A stretch of 63,526 bases of DNA, the filler included, from Streblomastix strix (taxonomy: Eukaryota), in NCBI GenBank assembly GCA_008636045.1. It is 4 parts of 4 records of this genome, joined end to end, with 100 filler letters (N's around TTAATTAATTAA, not from the genome) between each part and the next. Parts side by side here need not be neighbours in the genome. Positions count along the whole stretch, not along the records: positions 15,920 to 31,722 come from SNRW01000932.1; positions 31,823 to 47,624 come from SNRW01000933.1; 2 more parts are not named here. One strand, written 5' to 3'. Positions 24,420-42,568 of the stretch are shown here, one piece after another. Positions within the stretch are counted from its first letter, which is position 1. Every line of letters begins with the position of its first letter. A model generated the notes under the pieces. That model did not search any database, was not told the DNA's origin, and was given only the letters and a program-made list of their open reading frames with translations. Made by a program: the position numbers and the translations under genes.

Positions 24420-27400
24420 ATGGGAAATGCTAACACAAGGGTAAACTCAAATATCTGGACCATGCCAATCACTTCTAGGAGCCAATCGAGGAGCATTGAA
24501 AAAGTGAGTCAAATGAAATAAGCTGAAGTAATGAGGAATTTAGCAGTTCTTAAAGATTTTATATAAACAGGTAACAATGATATTATTAATTTCTTTTTAA
24601 AATAAAAATTTTAATTTTTTATATTTATAGGAAACTCATTTGGTGGTAAAAGCGTTTATGATGCATATATCGTACAGGCACTAATATTCCTTTCTACTAC
24701 ACATCCAGACAAGAAAATCAGAGTATGATTCATCATTATTTATTATTTACTCATCTATTTTGTATTTACAGATGGAAACTATAGGAATACTATCTACATT
24801 TACTTTGAAGAGTATGAAGGATGACAAGAAACAGATCAATGCTGTATTGACTCCTTTCCTTGTAGGTGCTTTGGATGTACATATTCTTATATTTTATTCT
24901 CTCTTATTGTTTATTAATCATTTTTAATAATTTATATTAGACTTCACATTTCTAAACAGCAATTCTCGTATTTTCACATTTCAGTAATCTATTGAAGCCC
25001 AGAATTCTTAGTTAATCTTCTTAGGTATTTAATAGAATAGAAACTTCCAATATTAATTAATAACAGAAAGGAAATCAAATAATAAAATAGAAATAAGGAG
25101 AAGAGACCCAAATATAATCATTATAATCCAAATTGAACAACCAAATAGAATCTGAACACACAACATAATCATCATTAGCATTATAACTAATCTCACATCC
25201 ACATTTCTTCAATATAATAGCCAACACACATCTCCAAGAAGAGAACTCATTCTAGTTGCACTATGCAGCATTAGAGCTCCTATTCTGGATGAGTGAAGCT
25301 GGAGAGAAAGAAATTGAATCTGAGATTGAAGAGAAAGAAAAGAAGATTGAAGTGGAGCTGAAGGAGATTGAAGAAGAGCATTGGAAGAAGATTAGTGATG
25401 TCAGTTAATAGAATCAGAGTCAGGATCAGCAGATGAGTCCTCAGCAGTTGGAGTAATTTGTTAGTTCACACTTGCATGGAGACAACTGCATATTCTGTAA
25501 GTTATAATGTAAGATATAAGGTAAAGAAGAAAGGAAGAATAGAAGATAAGAAAGAAGGATTTAAAAGGAGAAGGATAAATAAATAAGGAAATAATAAAGA
25601 TAATAAAGAAGAGAAGAAAGAAGAAGAAGAAGGGAAATGAGGAATTAATAATAATAAGGTAAGAAATAAAGATTAGATGGAATAATATAATAAAATAAGA
25701 AAGATGATTAATCTTCTAATCAAAATGGAGGATTGATAAGTAAGAGTTAAATAGTCAATATTATATCACCATAAATAGAATCATAATCATAATAAGGAGA
25801 AGAGCGCAAAATAGTCAGAGTTAATATGAATGATTTAAACAAAGGATCACATTAACAGCATAAAATAGAAATAGATTTAGATGCTGAATCTAAAAGATTA
25901 GGTCTGAATGATAGTAACACTCCAAAGATAATAATATATGAATTTAATTTGGGTAAGAAAGGTGAAGGAAGTGAATAAAGCAAAGAAGAATAAGAATAAG
26001 GAAAATAATAGTAACCAGAATAAACTGTAATATGGACTTCATCTTCATAATAACCTGATTCATCTTCATCTACTTCTACATTCCCATCTACAATGTCTTC
26101 TTCTTCCTCTTCTTCTTCTTCATCATCATCTCAATCATATTCATAACCCATATTTTCTGGTCCTTATTCATCTAATCCATCTCCAATATCTCCATATTAA
26201 CCTCCTTCTTCTTCTTCATCTTCTTCATCTCCACAATCATAGGTTATTATCCAGTCTTAGGGCAGTTCATCTGATTTATCATATCTTCCATCTTTTGAAT
26301 CAAACTCATCTTCTTCATAACATTCATTGCTATCAACCATTAATCAGTTGAAGGTTCAGAATGAGTCAACAATATAAGAAGAGAAGAAGAAGCTGAAACA
26401 GGAGATGAAACAAAGAGAAAAAGAAAGAATAAGGAAACAAAGATAGAAATTAAGAAGAGAGAGATAAATGGAGAAGTAGAAGAATAAGGAGAAAGAAAAA
26501 GAAAGAAGAAGATAATGGAAGGAAAGACAGTTATAGAAAATAAAGGAAAGAGATGAATCCAGAAGAAGAAGAGAAAGATAATAATAACTATAATCATTAT
26601 AATCAGATAAAGATGGTAATACAGATTAGACTAAAGATAGTAATGATAGAAGAGGAAGAGTTATGAATAGATTTGGAGATACGAATAGATACATGTCATC
26701 TGTATCATCATCACATCCATCTTCATCAACATCTACATCTTCAACTACTCACTAAACTTCTTCTTCTTAATCTGCTTCATCTTATTATTCTCCTTTTAGT
26801 TCTTCATTATCTTCTCATTTATCAAGATCAGCTACTCCACTGTCACTATCAAATACAAAAGCATAATTAGTATAGTCTTAATAAGGCCTTAAAACACCTC
26901 TAATAATAAATTCATCTTCATCTCAATCAGCCAAATTGACATCTTCTTTCTCTACACTATCATCTCTCAAGTCCCATACAAATGAATCTAATACATCTGC
27001 TACACAGAATTCAGGGGCTCCTCATGTAATAGCTCTTCTCCTACCTCCAAAACCACTTCCTTCTCCACCTGCTGTACAAGTAAGAGGTGATACTTCACTT
27101 ACTGACATATCATCTAAAGCTATATAAGGACAGGATGGTGCAAGTTAAACAGGGAATACAACACAATCATCAGTAATATTCAGAGGTACATCATCTATTA
27201 GTTTAATAAGTACTCAATCATCCAACAGACAATATAAGAATCAATCCACTCATCTTCTTCCTCCTCCACCTCCACCACCATAACAATAACAATAAGATAC
27301 CAACTCCATCAATATGGGAATGGGGATGAATATGTCAATGAATATGGGAATGAATAATGATGTTGTTGCAGCTGCAGCGGCAGCAGCAGCAGTGGCAGCA

Positions 27401-30400
27401 GCTGCAGCAACAGCAGCTGCACACGCACCTCCTTTCAAGATGCCTGATAACCTTGACTTCCAATTGGATAATGTTCTGATGCCTCAGAATTAGAATTAGA
27501 GCTATGATAATTCTGCTCATATATCTTCATTGCCTTTTCCTTCATTATAACCACTTCCTTATATTAATTAATTCAATTAATAATCTTTCTTGAATTCTTT
27601 TACTCCTCCTTCACCTCTGAAAGCTGATTTAAAGGAGATTGCAGCATAAGAATAAGCAATACTTGAAGGATCAATATCCAAATCATCTTAGATTAAGAAA
27701 GATAAAAATGAATAATAATAATAATAATAGTAATAGTAATTAGAAGGAGACAACTAAATTGAAGAAATCATCTGGATTGGAAGAAAGAGAGAAAGAGAAG
27801 AGACTCCATAATCAATATAATCCATATCTCCAGATGCAATATTCATCAATGCAGCTCAAATGGAGAAGAAAGCTTTGTAATAAACATAGAAGAATAATTT
27901 GTAGATTGAATATGTTAAATAAGATGAAAGTAAGAAAGAAGAGAAGAAAGATGGTAAATAAGATTAAAAAGATGAAGAAGACAAAAATATAGAAAATGAA
28001 ACAACAAGCCAATCAAATACCAATTCAAGTACATCAGGATCATCATATTACACATATTCCTCAGATTAGGATAGGGATACAAGTTAATCATCATATTATA
28101 CAGATGAAGATGAAGAAGAAGAAGATGCAGACAGTGTCAGTCAGAAGTAGGTTAATGCATCTCCTAATGCAGCAGATTCAATTCTTCCTTCATTCGGATT
28201 CTTCTAAGATGGGAGTGACATCAACAGCAGAGAAGAAGAATATGATGGAGAGATTGAGGATGAGGAATTATGGAGAGCGTATAGAGCATTGAGGACAAGA
28301 TAGAAATAAGCAATTTTGAAGAAGAAGAGAGAAAGAGAACAAGAAATGAAGAAGAAGGCCAAATAATAAATGAAGAATAAGAAGAGGAAGAAGAAGAAGA
28401 AGATAAAGAATGAAGATGACAGTAAAATGAGGCAGACTCCATATTCATAGAAGAGCCACAATAAGAGTAAGGTAACTAAAGATAAAACAAATACAAGATC
28501 AATTAGTTCATAGAGACTATCACTTTCATTTAGTGGAAGTTTGAATGAATAGGAGAATAATATCTAAGATGAAAAGGAAGCTCAAAGATCAGAAGGAAGA
28601 AGAAGTGTGAATAAAGATGTGAATAAGACATTGGAATAAGAAAGAAAAGACAAAAATCAGAGTAAGAATCCATCACATTTAGATACGCATGCTTTCTCAG
28701 CTGTTATAACACCTGATGCAGATTCTGACTCTGATATAAATTCTGAATAAATTAAAGAGCTTTCTTAAGAGTTGATATAAATAGAAGACAGTATTAATGA
28801 TCTATATACAACTAAAGACTCAAATGATAAAGAAAAAGAAAAAGATAATAGAGGATAAAAGATGAATGATAAGAAGAGTAGAAGAGGAAGAGAAAAGAAA
28901 AAGGATAATTAACAGAGTGCGAGTAAATTGGGTAAGACAAGCATAGTCAGGGATTAGAGTAATAGTTCAGATTATTCATCTGGATAATAAAGTAAGAATC
29001 ATAGATAAAGATAACATCACAGAAGCAGATCTGAAAGAAAGAGACAGTCAAATGAATATAAATAGAACTCTAATAAGAAGTAAGACATTCATACAAACAG
29101 AATAAAAGCAAGAAAGATTGAAAATAAATAAAGAGAATAGAAACAAGTTAATAGAAGAAGATATGCTGATGAATAAGAAGAAGATAATAAATACAAAAAG
29201 AATGAACATGGATAAACAACTAAAAAAGAGAAGATGAAAGTTTAAATAAAGAAATTAGAAAATATAAAATAAAAAGCAAATAAAATGATTGAGAAGAAGA
29301 AAGAGAAAGAAAAAGAAAGTCTCAGAAAGAGGAAACATCAACAAAATAAGAAGAACAGACACAATTAATAAGAGAAGAGAAGGAAAGAGAAAGAAAGAAG
29401 AAAAGAGAAAGAAAAAACATTTCCAAAGAAATAAGAATCAGTTGCCTTAACATCCAGAATATCATAACCAAGTAACACTCCTACAAAACAAACTTAATCA
29501 ACTAAAGTATCTGAAGTATCGAAAATAACAACAATTTCTCCACTTGAGCTTCCTTCTGGGGCTTCTGCTGCTGTTGCTGCTAAATTAAGCAGAATTAACA
29601 ATGAAAAAGAGAAAGAGATTATTAATGAGAAAATGAAAGTGAATTTAAAAGGGAATGAAAAAGATGCGGAATCTTCAAATTATTCAACAAAAGATACAAA
29701 AGATAAGAATATTGAATAACAATCACAAGCTCAATCATAATCAATATCTGTTGTATCTAATGTGAAAATACCTTCTAATTATATATCACATGCAAGCTAA
29801 GGTGCTGCTGAATAAATTTCTCCTTTAACTCTTCCTAAAGTTTCATTTGTAGCTCCTTAATTCCCACAGAAAAAGAAATAAGATATTAAATCTGCTCCAA
29901 ATACTGCCATTCAAATTATTACTGGCTAATAAAGTAATTAATAAAAACCAAATGCAAATTCAAACTATTTAACTCCAAATATTTTATAGACAATTTAATA
30001 ATAATAATCTTCATATACTCCTTAATCAATAACATCTGGAATAACTACTAATAATTTTGCCATTACTCCTGCCTCATATTTTACATCTGGAAGTTTGAGT
30101 ACCTAATTTGCATCTAATATTAGAAGAAGAAGAAACAATCATTCTGATATTTATTAGTTATTCAGAGTTCATTTTGCCAAAATTCTGCAATTCTGTCGGA
30201 TAATAACATCATACAAGAATGAAAATGAATATTTAAATGGGAAATAGAAAGCCATTGAATAGAAGGAAAAGAAAGAAAAAGAATAACAATAATCTTAGTT
30301 ACTTATTGATGATGATGATGATGATGACACTGCTCATTCAATATTAGATTTAGACAAAGAGAAAATAGATATGAGAGTTGTTATTGAAGATTAAAGTGAT

Positions 30401-31722
30401 CCAGTTCTGAGAAATTTACTGTCATCTTTATCAAGACTAGATAAACAGAGATTTCTATTCAGAACTTCTCAGCATCTAATTAGTTTCCACAGTTCCCCAT
30501 ATGCTAATATTAATATGAATAAGTAATAACTAGAGGAAATTGAAAGCAATAAGAATTATAAAATATTATCACTTGGAAAAAATAATAACAAATAATAAAT
30601 AGCTCAATAATTGAATGACCCAGAACCGCTTATTCAGAAATTAAGTAGTGGAAATGAGAGAAATATACAATAGACATAATTTGGAGCACATGCAATTAAG
30701 AAGACAAAAGAAGAATATACTCAATTCAGTATTGATTATAACAAGAATAGAAACTCGAGAGGAAGTGTAACAAAATAGAACAAATTATCAATTAATGCAG
30801 GATAAGCACAAATTCATAGAGAGCACTACTATTATGACTTTGAAACCTTCCAATGGCGCAGTTTCTGCACACCTTCAACATCCCCAAGAGCTCCAAGTCC
30901 ACCTCCTCCAAGAATACTGACTCCACACAGGAGATTATTATTGGCTTTATCTGCAGCTGTAGAGACATCAGATTAAGAAGATAGTGTTAATGGGATAACA
31001 AATGAATAGAGATCAACATCAGGTGGATAAGGATCAACACATTCAGACACACCACCATTCAAACTTCCTTCTTCTCAGAGATTGGCATAATTACTTCATT
31101 CAATGCCAATGGGTGGAAAGAGACCTGAAGCTCCAAGACCCAGGAAGATGACTCCTGATCCTCCTCCTCCATATTTGAGGGGGGTTTATTATTTCCATCC
31201 TTTGTATTCATAAGGGAAACCTTAACCACCTCCTCCAATACTACTTTATAAATAGAGGTCTTCTTCTTCTAATTCAAATAATAATAAATAAAAGAATAAG
31301 AATAAGAGAATTTAATCTGGGAATAGAATAACTTAGATTAACTAATGGAGATATACTAAAGAAGATAATGATATTGATATTGATAATAATAATTCTTCAG
31401 ATAAATCATAAGATGAGAAGTTTAAAAAACCTTCAAATAGACCAGTCAGTTTGAATCTTGAAAAAATAGCTACTCAGAAACCAAAGGAATAATAAATATA
31501 ATAAACATAATAACAATAACAATAACATTAACAATAACAGCCATAATCATTATAATAACATTAATAACCATAACAGATTCTACACATTCATGAACCCGAG
31601 TTAAAAATTGATAAAAACGTTACAATATAAAAACCCCCATTAAAACCAGAGAACATCCAACTTCAGTAATAAAGAAGTATTCATCCAAGATCCTTCTCAT
31701 TAATTAGATCACAAGGACCAAT
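24420..31722 (+). CDS. Very large low-complexity protein (>2300 aa, 3' truncated), possible N-myristoylation signal
   Basis: MGNANTR start, three short introns before ~24940, then a ~6.8-kb TGA-free exon with S-, Q-, K/R/E-, A- and P-rich tracts. Confidence 0.75.
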
Positions 31723-31822
31723 NNNNNNNNNNNNNNNNNNNNNNNNNNNNNNNNNNNNNNNNNNNNTTAATTAATTAANNNNNNNNNNNNNNNNNNNNNN
31801 NNNNNNNNNNNNNNNNNNNNNN
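31723..31822. other. Artificial contig linker
   Basis: N-TTAATTAATTAA-N 100-nt spacer. Confidence 0.97.
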
Positions 31823-32299
31823 CCAAGTTTGCAACGATCAAGGAAGTCTTTATATATTGGGAATCGTTGATCAATCCAGAGCGAGTTGCTTACATTGAAT
31901 ACTTAGATGGTGTTTTCCATTTACTTTCCCATGGTTAGAATTGCTTGGAAATCGAGTGGCTGAACAAATAATAATAAAAATAAAACTAAATAAATAATTT
32001 TTAGTATGTCATACCGTCTTTCCAGTGGGAATATGAAGCAAACGTATAAATGCCTCTAATGTCTGTCCTGCTGATCCAGATGAAGCAAGAGCAAGCGCTT
32101 CATGAATTGAGAGTGGTGAGAAAAATACGCTTTTTCCTGGAGAGGTTATCTCTTATAATTTTGGTAATATTTCAGAAGAAAATGAGCAAATAGCTCTGCT
32201 TTACTCATCTCTGCTTTGCATGATAAGAGGAGGCTTTAAGCCAGGAGGAGGAAACACGAATGAAGGTCCAGGAGATGGAGTTTCGATTATTTTAGCCAT
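31823..32299 (-). CDS. Serpin, N-terminal part (truncated by contig end)
   Basis: KSVFFSPLSIHEALALASSGSAGQT and, after one intron, NVSNSLWIDQRFPIYKDFL, matching serpin s6B/hB/hC and s2A signatures. Confidence 0.88.
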
Positions 32300-33167
32300 T
32301 AATTTGCTATTATAAAGAAATATAAATAAATAAAATATTAAATTGTGATAAAAAGAATAAAATAATTATAAATTATAAGAAAAAATAATATAAATTTGTT
32401 TGGAAGTTAAGAAAAAATGAAATTTTAATTTTTTCATGAATTCATCTTTCCATGTCCAAATAAAGGTTAAAATGAAATAAAATTTAACTATTAAAATAAA
32501 TAGCGCATGTAAAAGTAAATTATTAAATTAATATTAATATTTAAAGGTTAGATACCACAAATTTTGAGAGATTATTACATTCGTGTATATTTGGAATTAT
32601 TCACTATTTATACTGTTCAGCAAATATTAATTTTATAAAAAAATGATAATTCTTAAATTTTCTTCAATTAACTCGCAAAGTAATAAATTTATTTTTTTAA
32701 GCTTATTTTCGCAGCCATCTTTGGTAAATAATAGTTATTGTGTAAATATAATTTTTATGAAATATTTATTATTATTTTATTTCTGATTTGATGATGAAAA
32801 GCACTTCTTTAAAGACAAAAAATTAATTCTCTTGAATTATTTTTACTGTTCTACTAATTAACCTGCAAATTTTAACTTTTATTTTTTCATTTTATAGAAA
32901 CTATATTAATATCCAATATATTTTATATATTATTTTAAAACACTTGTTTTATAACATTTGAAAGCAATAAATAAATTTTCAAATCAAATTCTTCTTTCAC
33001 ATCACAATTTTAAATTTGTAATTTCATCATTATAATATTTAATTTCTTTAAATTGAAATATTTTCTTGTTATCAATTCAAAATGAAAAAAAATATGTTAA
33101 AATGACACAAATTTTATTTATTTCAATTATTTTTATTTTTTCTATTCAAAACAATTAGTAATTAAAG

Positions 33168-36100
33168 ATGTCTAGGGTTGAAGATTGTATGTAATAATTT
33201 TTATAATAATTTTATTCTCATATTTTTATTATTTGTTCATAAGACGAAATCATACGACAATTGAAAGGTGGATCGATCGGAAAAGCATTTCTTACTAAAT
33301 TAAAGAAAACAGGAGTTTTATATGTCTTAAAGCGTTTGGAATATTTTATGTCTGATGACAAAAAACATGTTGATGCTTTGGTAGCATAAATATAACATCT
33401 TGAATCACGATATACAGTTTATATCTTTTATTAATTTTCTATTTAATTTATACTATTATTTATTTGTATATTTCAAATATTGTTCCACAAAAATTGTTAT
33501 AATATAAGATGAAACTAATTTGTACATTTGCAGATAGAATGGATTTGTGCCTCATCTTTGAATTTTGCGAATTTGGTGATATTTACAAAGGTATTGTTGG
33601 AATATAAGAACTATCAGAAGAAGAGCAACAAAATGTATAATTTTATTTATTTTTATTAATTTTCAATTATTTAAATATTATCATTGTAATTAACAGCGTG
33701 TATGGGAAATTTTAGCATAGATAGCAAGATCTCTGGATTTTTTACATTCACAAAATATTATTCATCAGTTTATTGAAATATTTTTTCATAAAATTATTTG
33801 GTTTTGTTTATATTTAATACAATAATATTTTCAGAAACATAAAGCCATCCAATATCTTTTTGATGGAAGATGGTTCTGTGAAATTGGGCATGTCATTTAA
33901 TTTTTATACTTTAGAATATTTATTATTTATACTGATTTTTTATTTTTAGATGGAATTGGATTAACTGATGAATCAACAAACAAATATTATCAGATAATGA
34001 TAAAATCAAAGTTTGTTTTTTTAACTTATTTTTAATAATATTTTTGAATTATTTTGCAAACGAATAGTATCTATTAAGCGCCTGAAGTTTAATTAAATAA
34101 AAAGTATGATATAATTAATTTATATTTTCCATAACAAACAAATCCTTCTTTCTTTTTTTAATCTCAATCAATAGGATGGATTAAAGCTCAAATGTATTCT
34201 CTTTAGGTTGCATAATCCATGAAGCACTCACAGGATAGCATCCTTTCTTTGCTCCAACTAAACAGGAGATGATTGAAAAGATTAGAAAAGGTTAGTTTAC
34301 TGAACTTCCTGATTGGATTGAGCCAGAAATGAAGGATTTAGTGTTGGCTATGATGAATTAAGTTTATTTATTTATTTATTTTTTGTTTATTTATTTACAA
34401 TATATTTTTTTAAAATTACATATCTTAATTTCAATCAGAATCCTGATAAAAGACCAACAATTAAAAGAATCATTGAGATGAAAAAGATTAAAAGTCTGAT
34501 TAGTCATTTTATTGAAAATGAATAAATTAGAGAATTGACCATTGAAAAGCTAAAAAGGATGAAAGATGAAGTATAAACTGTAGAAAATGATAAGAAGTCT
34601 TCAGTTTGTTTAATAACTAAAGTCTCTGAAGGATTGAAAACTGTTCGATATATCAGAACAGGTAATGAAATACAAATAAATGGAAAGATTTATGAACTGA
34701 TTAAAGAAGTAACTGAAAATTGTGCATCAATAATATCTAGAGTAATTTAAAGCGAAGAAGATGTAGAACTTGCATTTCAGCACAATCTTATCTAAGTTCT
34801 TATTGATTTACTTCGATGCACACCACTTGATGATATTACTCCAAGTATGACAAAAGCATTTGAGATAATTAGTGATTAAGGATCATCAGTACAAACGCAC
34901 AGATTGTTTGAGATGAGCACAATACATTCTCTTGTTCAAATAATTAGAATTAAAGATAAGGATATTCTATTGAACATACTCAAGACTTTCATACATATCA
35001 TTAAGAATGGGTGGAGTCAAATAAAAACATCTTAATCTTAATATGCTTAATAATAATTTAATTTGCAGTAATTACTTCAACCTAATTCGCATCCATACCT
35101 GGTTTAATTAGAAAAAGATGCAATAATAAGAATAATAATTGAAGATTTATTAGCGAATGAAAGTACGTATTTATGGTGCAAATACAAAATATGCGAAATT
35201 CTTGATATTCTTTATCCAGAAGGTGCTCAACTACCATCAGATTTACAACCATAAATAATTAATTAGCTTTATTCACCAATGAAATAAAAACATGAGATTG
35301 AGCCATATGCATTGTAATCACTGTCATACTTGGCTATAAATTACGGTTTGTTATTATTTAAATGATAATAAGAAAAATTTAGAATATTTGTGTTAATTAT
35401 ATTTTCTTTTATAATCATATTTATTATTCATTATTATTAGGTAACCATGGAGCTATTATTGCTGGAGGAGGAGTTAATATAGCATCTGAATATATTATGT
35501 ATGAAAAAGCATTGATCATTTAATTGTAATTAAAATTATCTAAATTTTATTTAATTAATTTTCTAACATCTTTTTTATTATAATCTTCACATTAGGAAAA
35601 ATTCAAAAAGCGAAAGGATCAATTCTTCTATTGCATATATTTCTCTGAAATTTTTGCATAATCTATTCTTATTTGGAAGTAAAAATACTCAGTAATAAAT
35701 ATTAAACTCAATTAATGCAAAATAACTTAATAATTTAATTAATAACAAAAGTTTTACATAGAAAGAAAAAGCTATGAAATTATTGAGTGCTTTTTCAGAT
35801 CCAGAAGGAATGAGGTAATTGTTGCAAATAAGAAAAATAATTGAAATTAAAAATAAAAATGAATAAATTGAATTGATAAAAGCTGGATTAATGACCTTAT
35901 TAATTGAAAATTTAAATTAAACTGTTGAGTAACAAGAATGTGAAGGAAAAAGGATTATAATAATAAAAATAATAAATCTATTGACATTTGATAACATTGA
36001 AGCAAAACAGATAATTCTCGAAGAAACAAATTTTGTAGATGGTTATATCCATTTCATAAACATTCTTCCATTTAACAAAGTGTTCATTGAACTATTCGAT

Positions 36101-37224
36101 GTTTTATGGGAATTGTCTGTATTTCAACCAAAAGATTAGAAATATACATTATTTTCAAAAGCAATAATTCAAACATTGATGAGAATTCTTGAATTAAAAG
36201 ACTATTTTATTAGATTAAAAGTGTGCGTAATAATATTAAATGTTATTAATTCTGGATTAATTGACATTAAAGAAGGTGAAAATCATCCATTTCTCAAACC
36301 TTTAAATGATGATAAGAAAATTGAAAAACTCTTTCAAATGATGAAAGATAAATAATATGAAAATATCCACAGATAAATTGCACACATTCTTGCTTATTTA
36401 TTCAAAGCTGCATTACTTCCAATTGAAATAAGCAAAATTGTAATCAAATAACTGAAAACTGATGAAGATTTTGAAGGACTTGCTTTTTTAGCGGAGAATA
36501 TAGGTAAAATATTAATAAAAATATTAAATTTATTAAATTTATTTATTTCTATTAATTTTATTTCAATTCATCTGAAGGTCACCACGACATTATTCTGTCT
36601 AAAGACTTTGAAAAGAAAATATTTGAAAATTAAAGCAAAACTTATGAAGCTGTTAAATTAACACTTACGCTTCTTCATATTGGATCAGATGAGAATAAGA
36701 AGAAGATTTCCATATCAGTATATTAAAATGTAGAGAATTTGGCAGATGATGAATATGTGAATGAATTTGGTAATAAATAAATAATAAAATGGAAATAGGA
36801 TTTGAAAGAAGAGATAATTTTGAAAGCAAAAGAAATTCTTTTGATCATAAATGATATTTTTGGAGAAAAGATAAAAATATTATAATCTTCGCAATCAATA
36901 TAATAATCTTCAAAACAAACATCTTTATCTTCATTTAAATCCTTCATTACAAATACTTTTAGTTCTTTCATCACTGGATCAACCAAATAAGTGTAAACTG
37001 TTTACATTGATGATAGAAAAGAGAAAGAAAAATAATATATTGTATAATAAATGCAAGAAAAAGAATAAATAAAGGAAAAGGAAAACGAATAAAATTAGGA
37101 TTAAGAATCAGAATGGACTAAAGATAAGGTAAAATAATAGGAAGAAAGTTTAGAGATAGAGAATGATGACTAATCTAAGAAAATGAATGAAAATGCTTAA
37201 GATGATTAGAAAGAGAATAATTGA
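33168..37224 (+). CDS. NEK-like pseudokinase with C-terminal ARM-like repeats, multi-exon
   Basis: LKGGSIGKAF, YVLKR, catalytic loop HQNIKPSN instead of HRD, DGIG instead of DFG, YQAPE, HPF, NPDKRPT; then helical repeats containing HP(Y/F)L. Confidence 0.85.
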
Positions 37225-37489
37225 TATAAAAGATATAAATGATGAAGTATAAATCTGATGATAATCAAGTTGAATGATATGATAAAATTAGTATTCATCA
37301 TTTCGTTGGCAAAATACTTTCCATTTTATTGATTTTCAAAAGCTGTGTAATAAATATAAAAATTTAATTAAAAAATGACTATTTATTATTTAAGTATTTC
37401 AAGATTGGTTAATTAATTACAAAAGTTAATTGATTAAAAATTTGAAGTGAAATGGTTTATAAAATTAGTGAAAAAATGTTTTCAATTAA

Positions 37490-40999
<3,510 letters not shown>

Positions 41000-41639
41000 T
41001 ATACTCACTGAAAAGATTATTATGTAAAATAAAGAAATTAAACAATAAATCAGATCTATAATCAAAATTTAATTTTAGGATATTTAATTCCGTTTTTTAA
41101 AAAGAAAAATTTAAATTAATTTTAATTATAGTAAATGGAATTTGTTATAATAATTTAAAATATTCGATTTATTTATAAAAAATTAAATTTAGAATTATGT
41201 AACAAGTGTAGCGAGCACATTATTTAAAGAAATTTATTTTATTAAAAATAAATGTTTTAGCTATGTTAAAAATAAATTTTTATAATATAATTAACTTTAA
41301 ATAAAATATATGTATTTAATATGAATAATTCAATATATGAAATACATTGGTATCGCCCAAGAAATTATATTTTTTGAAATAATAATTCTTTTAATGTGTA
41401 ATAGTTTAATTATTTTATGAAGGTGGTGTTATATGGTATCTTTATCGATTTTATGATGCCAACAAAATCTACTGAGTGTTGCACGGATGAAAAAATAATA
41501 GTAAATTTTTTTTCAAATTTCATCTAAATCTTAAATTATTATTTTGTTTTAAAAAAATAGATATAAGTGAAATAAAATATATTTATTTGAGAAGTTTGCA
41601 CATTAAAGAATTTATGATTAATATTTTTTATAAATTATT

Positions 41640-42344
41640 TTTTCTCATCAACCTTAGATATATATTTCATCTCAAACTACCTCCTGAAGTTAGTTACAAC
41701 ATCCAAATCTTTCCTAATTCGATCATTCTCTTGTTTCAACTTACCATTCTGCCATTCAATTTATTCCTTTTCTATTTCTAATTCATTTGAACTCAAACTC
41801 AATTTCTGGTTTATTTTCTCCAACTCATCAATTTTTTCAGCCATTTATTTCTTCTCTTCTTTTTCATACCTCAATTCTTATTCTGCTTTTCTTTTCTCTT
41901 TCTCTTTTTGAATCAGACTTGTTCACATTTTATTTTCTTTCTTAATCACTTTTTCTTTTTTTTCTTTTTATGATGTTTCGTTGGCTTTTTGATTTTGTCT
42001 TCGTCATTCAATCTTTGCTGTTTTTCATTTCGGAGCTGCGTTTCGATTATTTTCTTTTCTTCGCAGTTTTTCGCTTCAATTTCGTCTTTTTCTCTTCTGA
42101 GGGTATCATTATCGGATCTGAGTTTATTAATTTGTAACTCTAATGAAGCCCTTGCCTGAAAATAAGTAATCAAAAATAAATATTATTATAAGAAATTAAA
42201 CTTTATATAGTTATCATTATTTTTTATTTATTTTTTATATAAAAAATGTTAAACCTCGGCATTCACAGCTTAGCTTCTAATAGTGTCATTGAAGCGAATA
42301 GAATCATCAAATAATTTCCCAGAATCGCTGTTTTGAAATGACAT
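41640..42344 (-). pseudogene. Coiled-coil protein, frameshifted remnant
   Basis: MSFQNSDSGKLF...AE, intron, ARASLELQINKLRSDNDTLRREK...; frame breaks in A-runs around 41990-41920; 3' end uncertain. Confidence 0.5.
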
Positions 42345-42568
42345 TGAAAACGAATCTAAGATAGGGGAGTAAAAAAAATAAAAAATAAAAATATTAATTA
42401 AAAAAATTGAAAATTTGTTCAAGGCATATTTGAATAATAAATTTGTAGAAATTGTAGTTAATTAATTGTATATTTGAATAATTTATACTGATTATAAATT
42501 TTTTTTATGGAATTTATTTTCTGCTTTTTAAAGAAAAAAATTTCGCGGGTTTTATTTCGTTTGATAGA

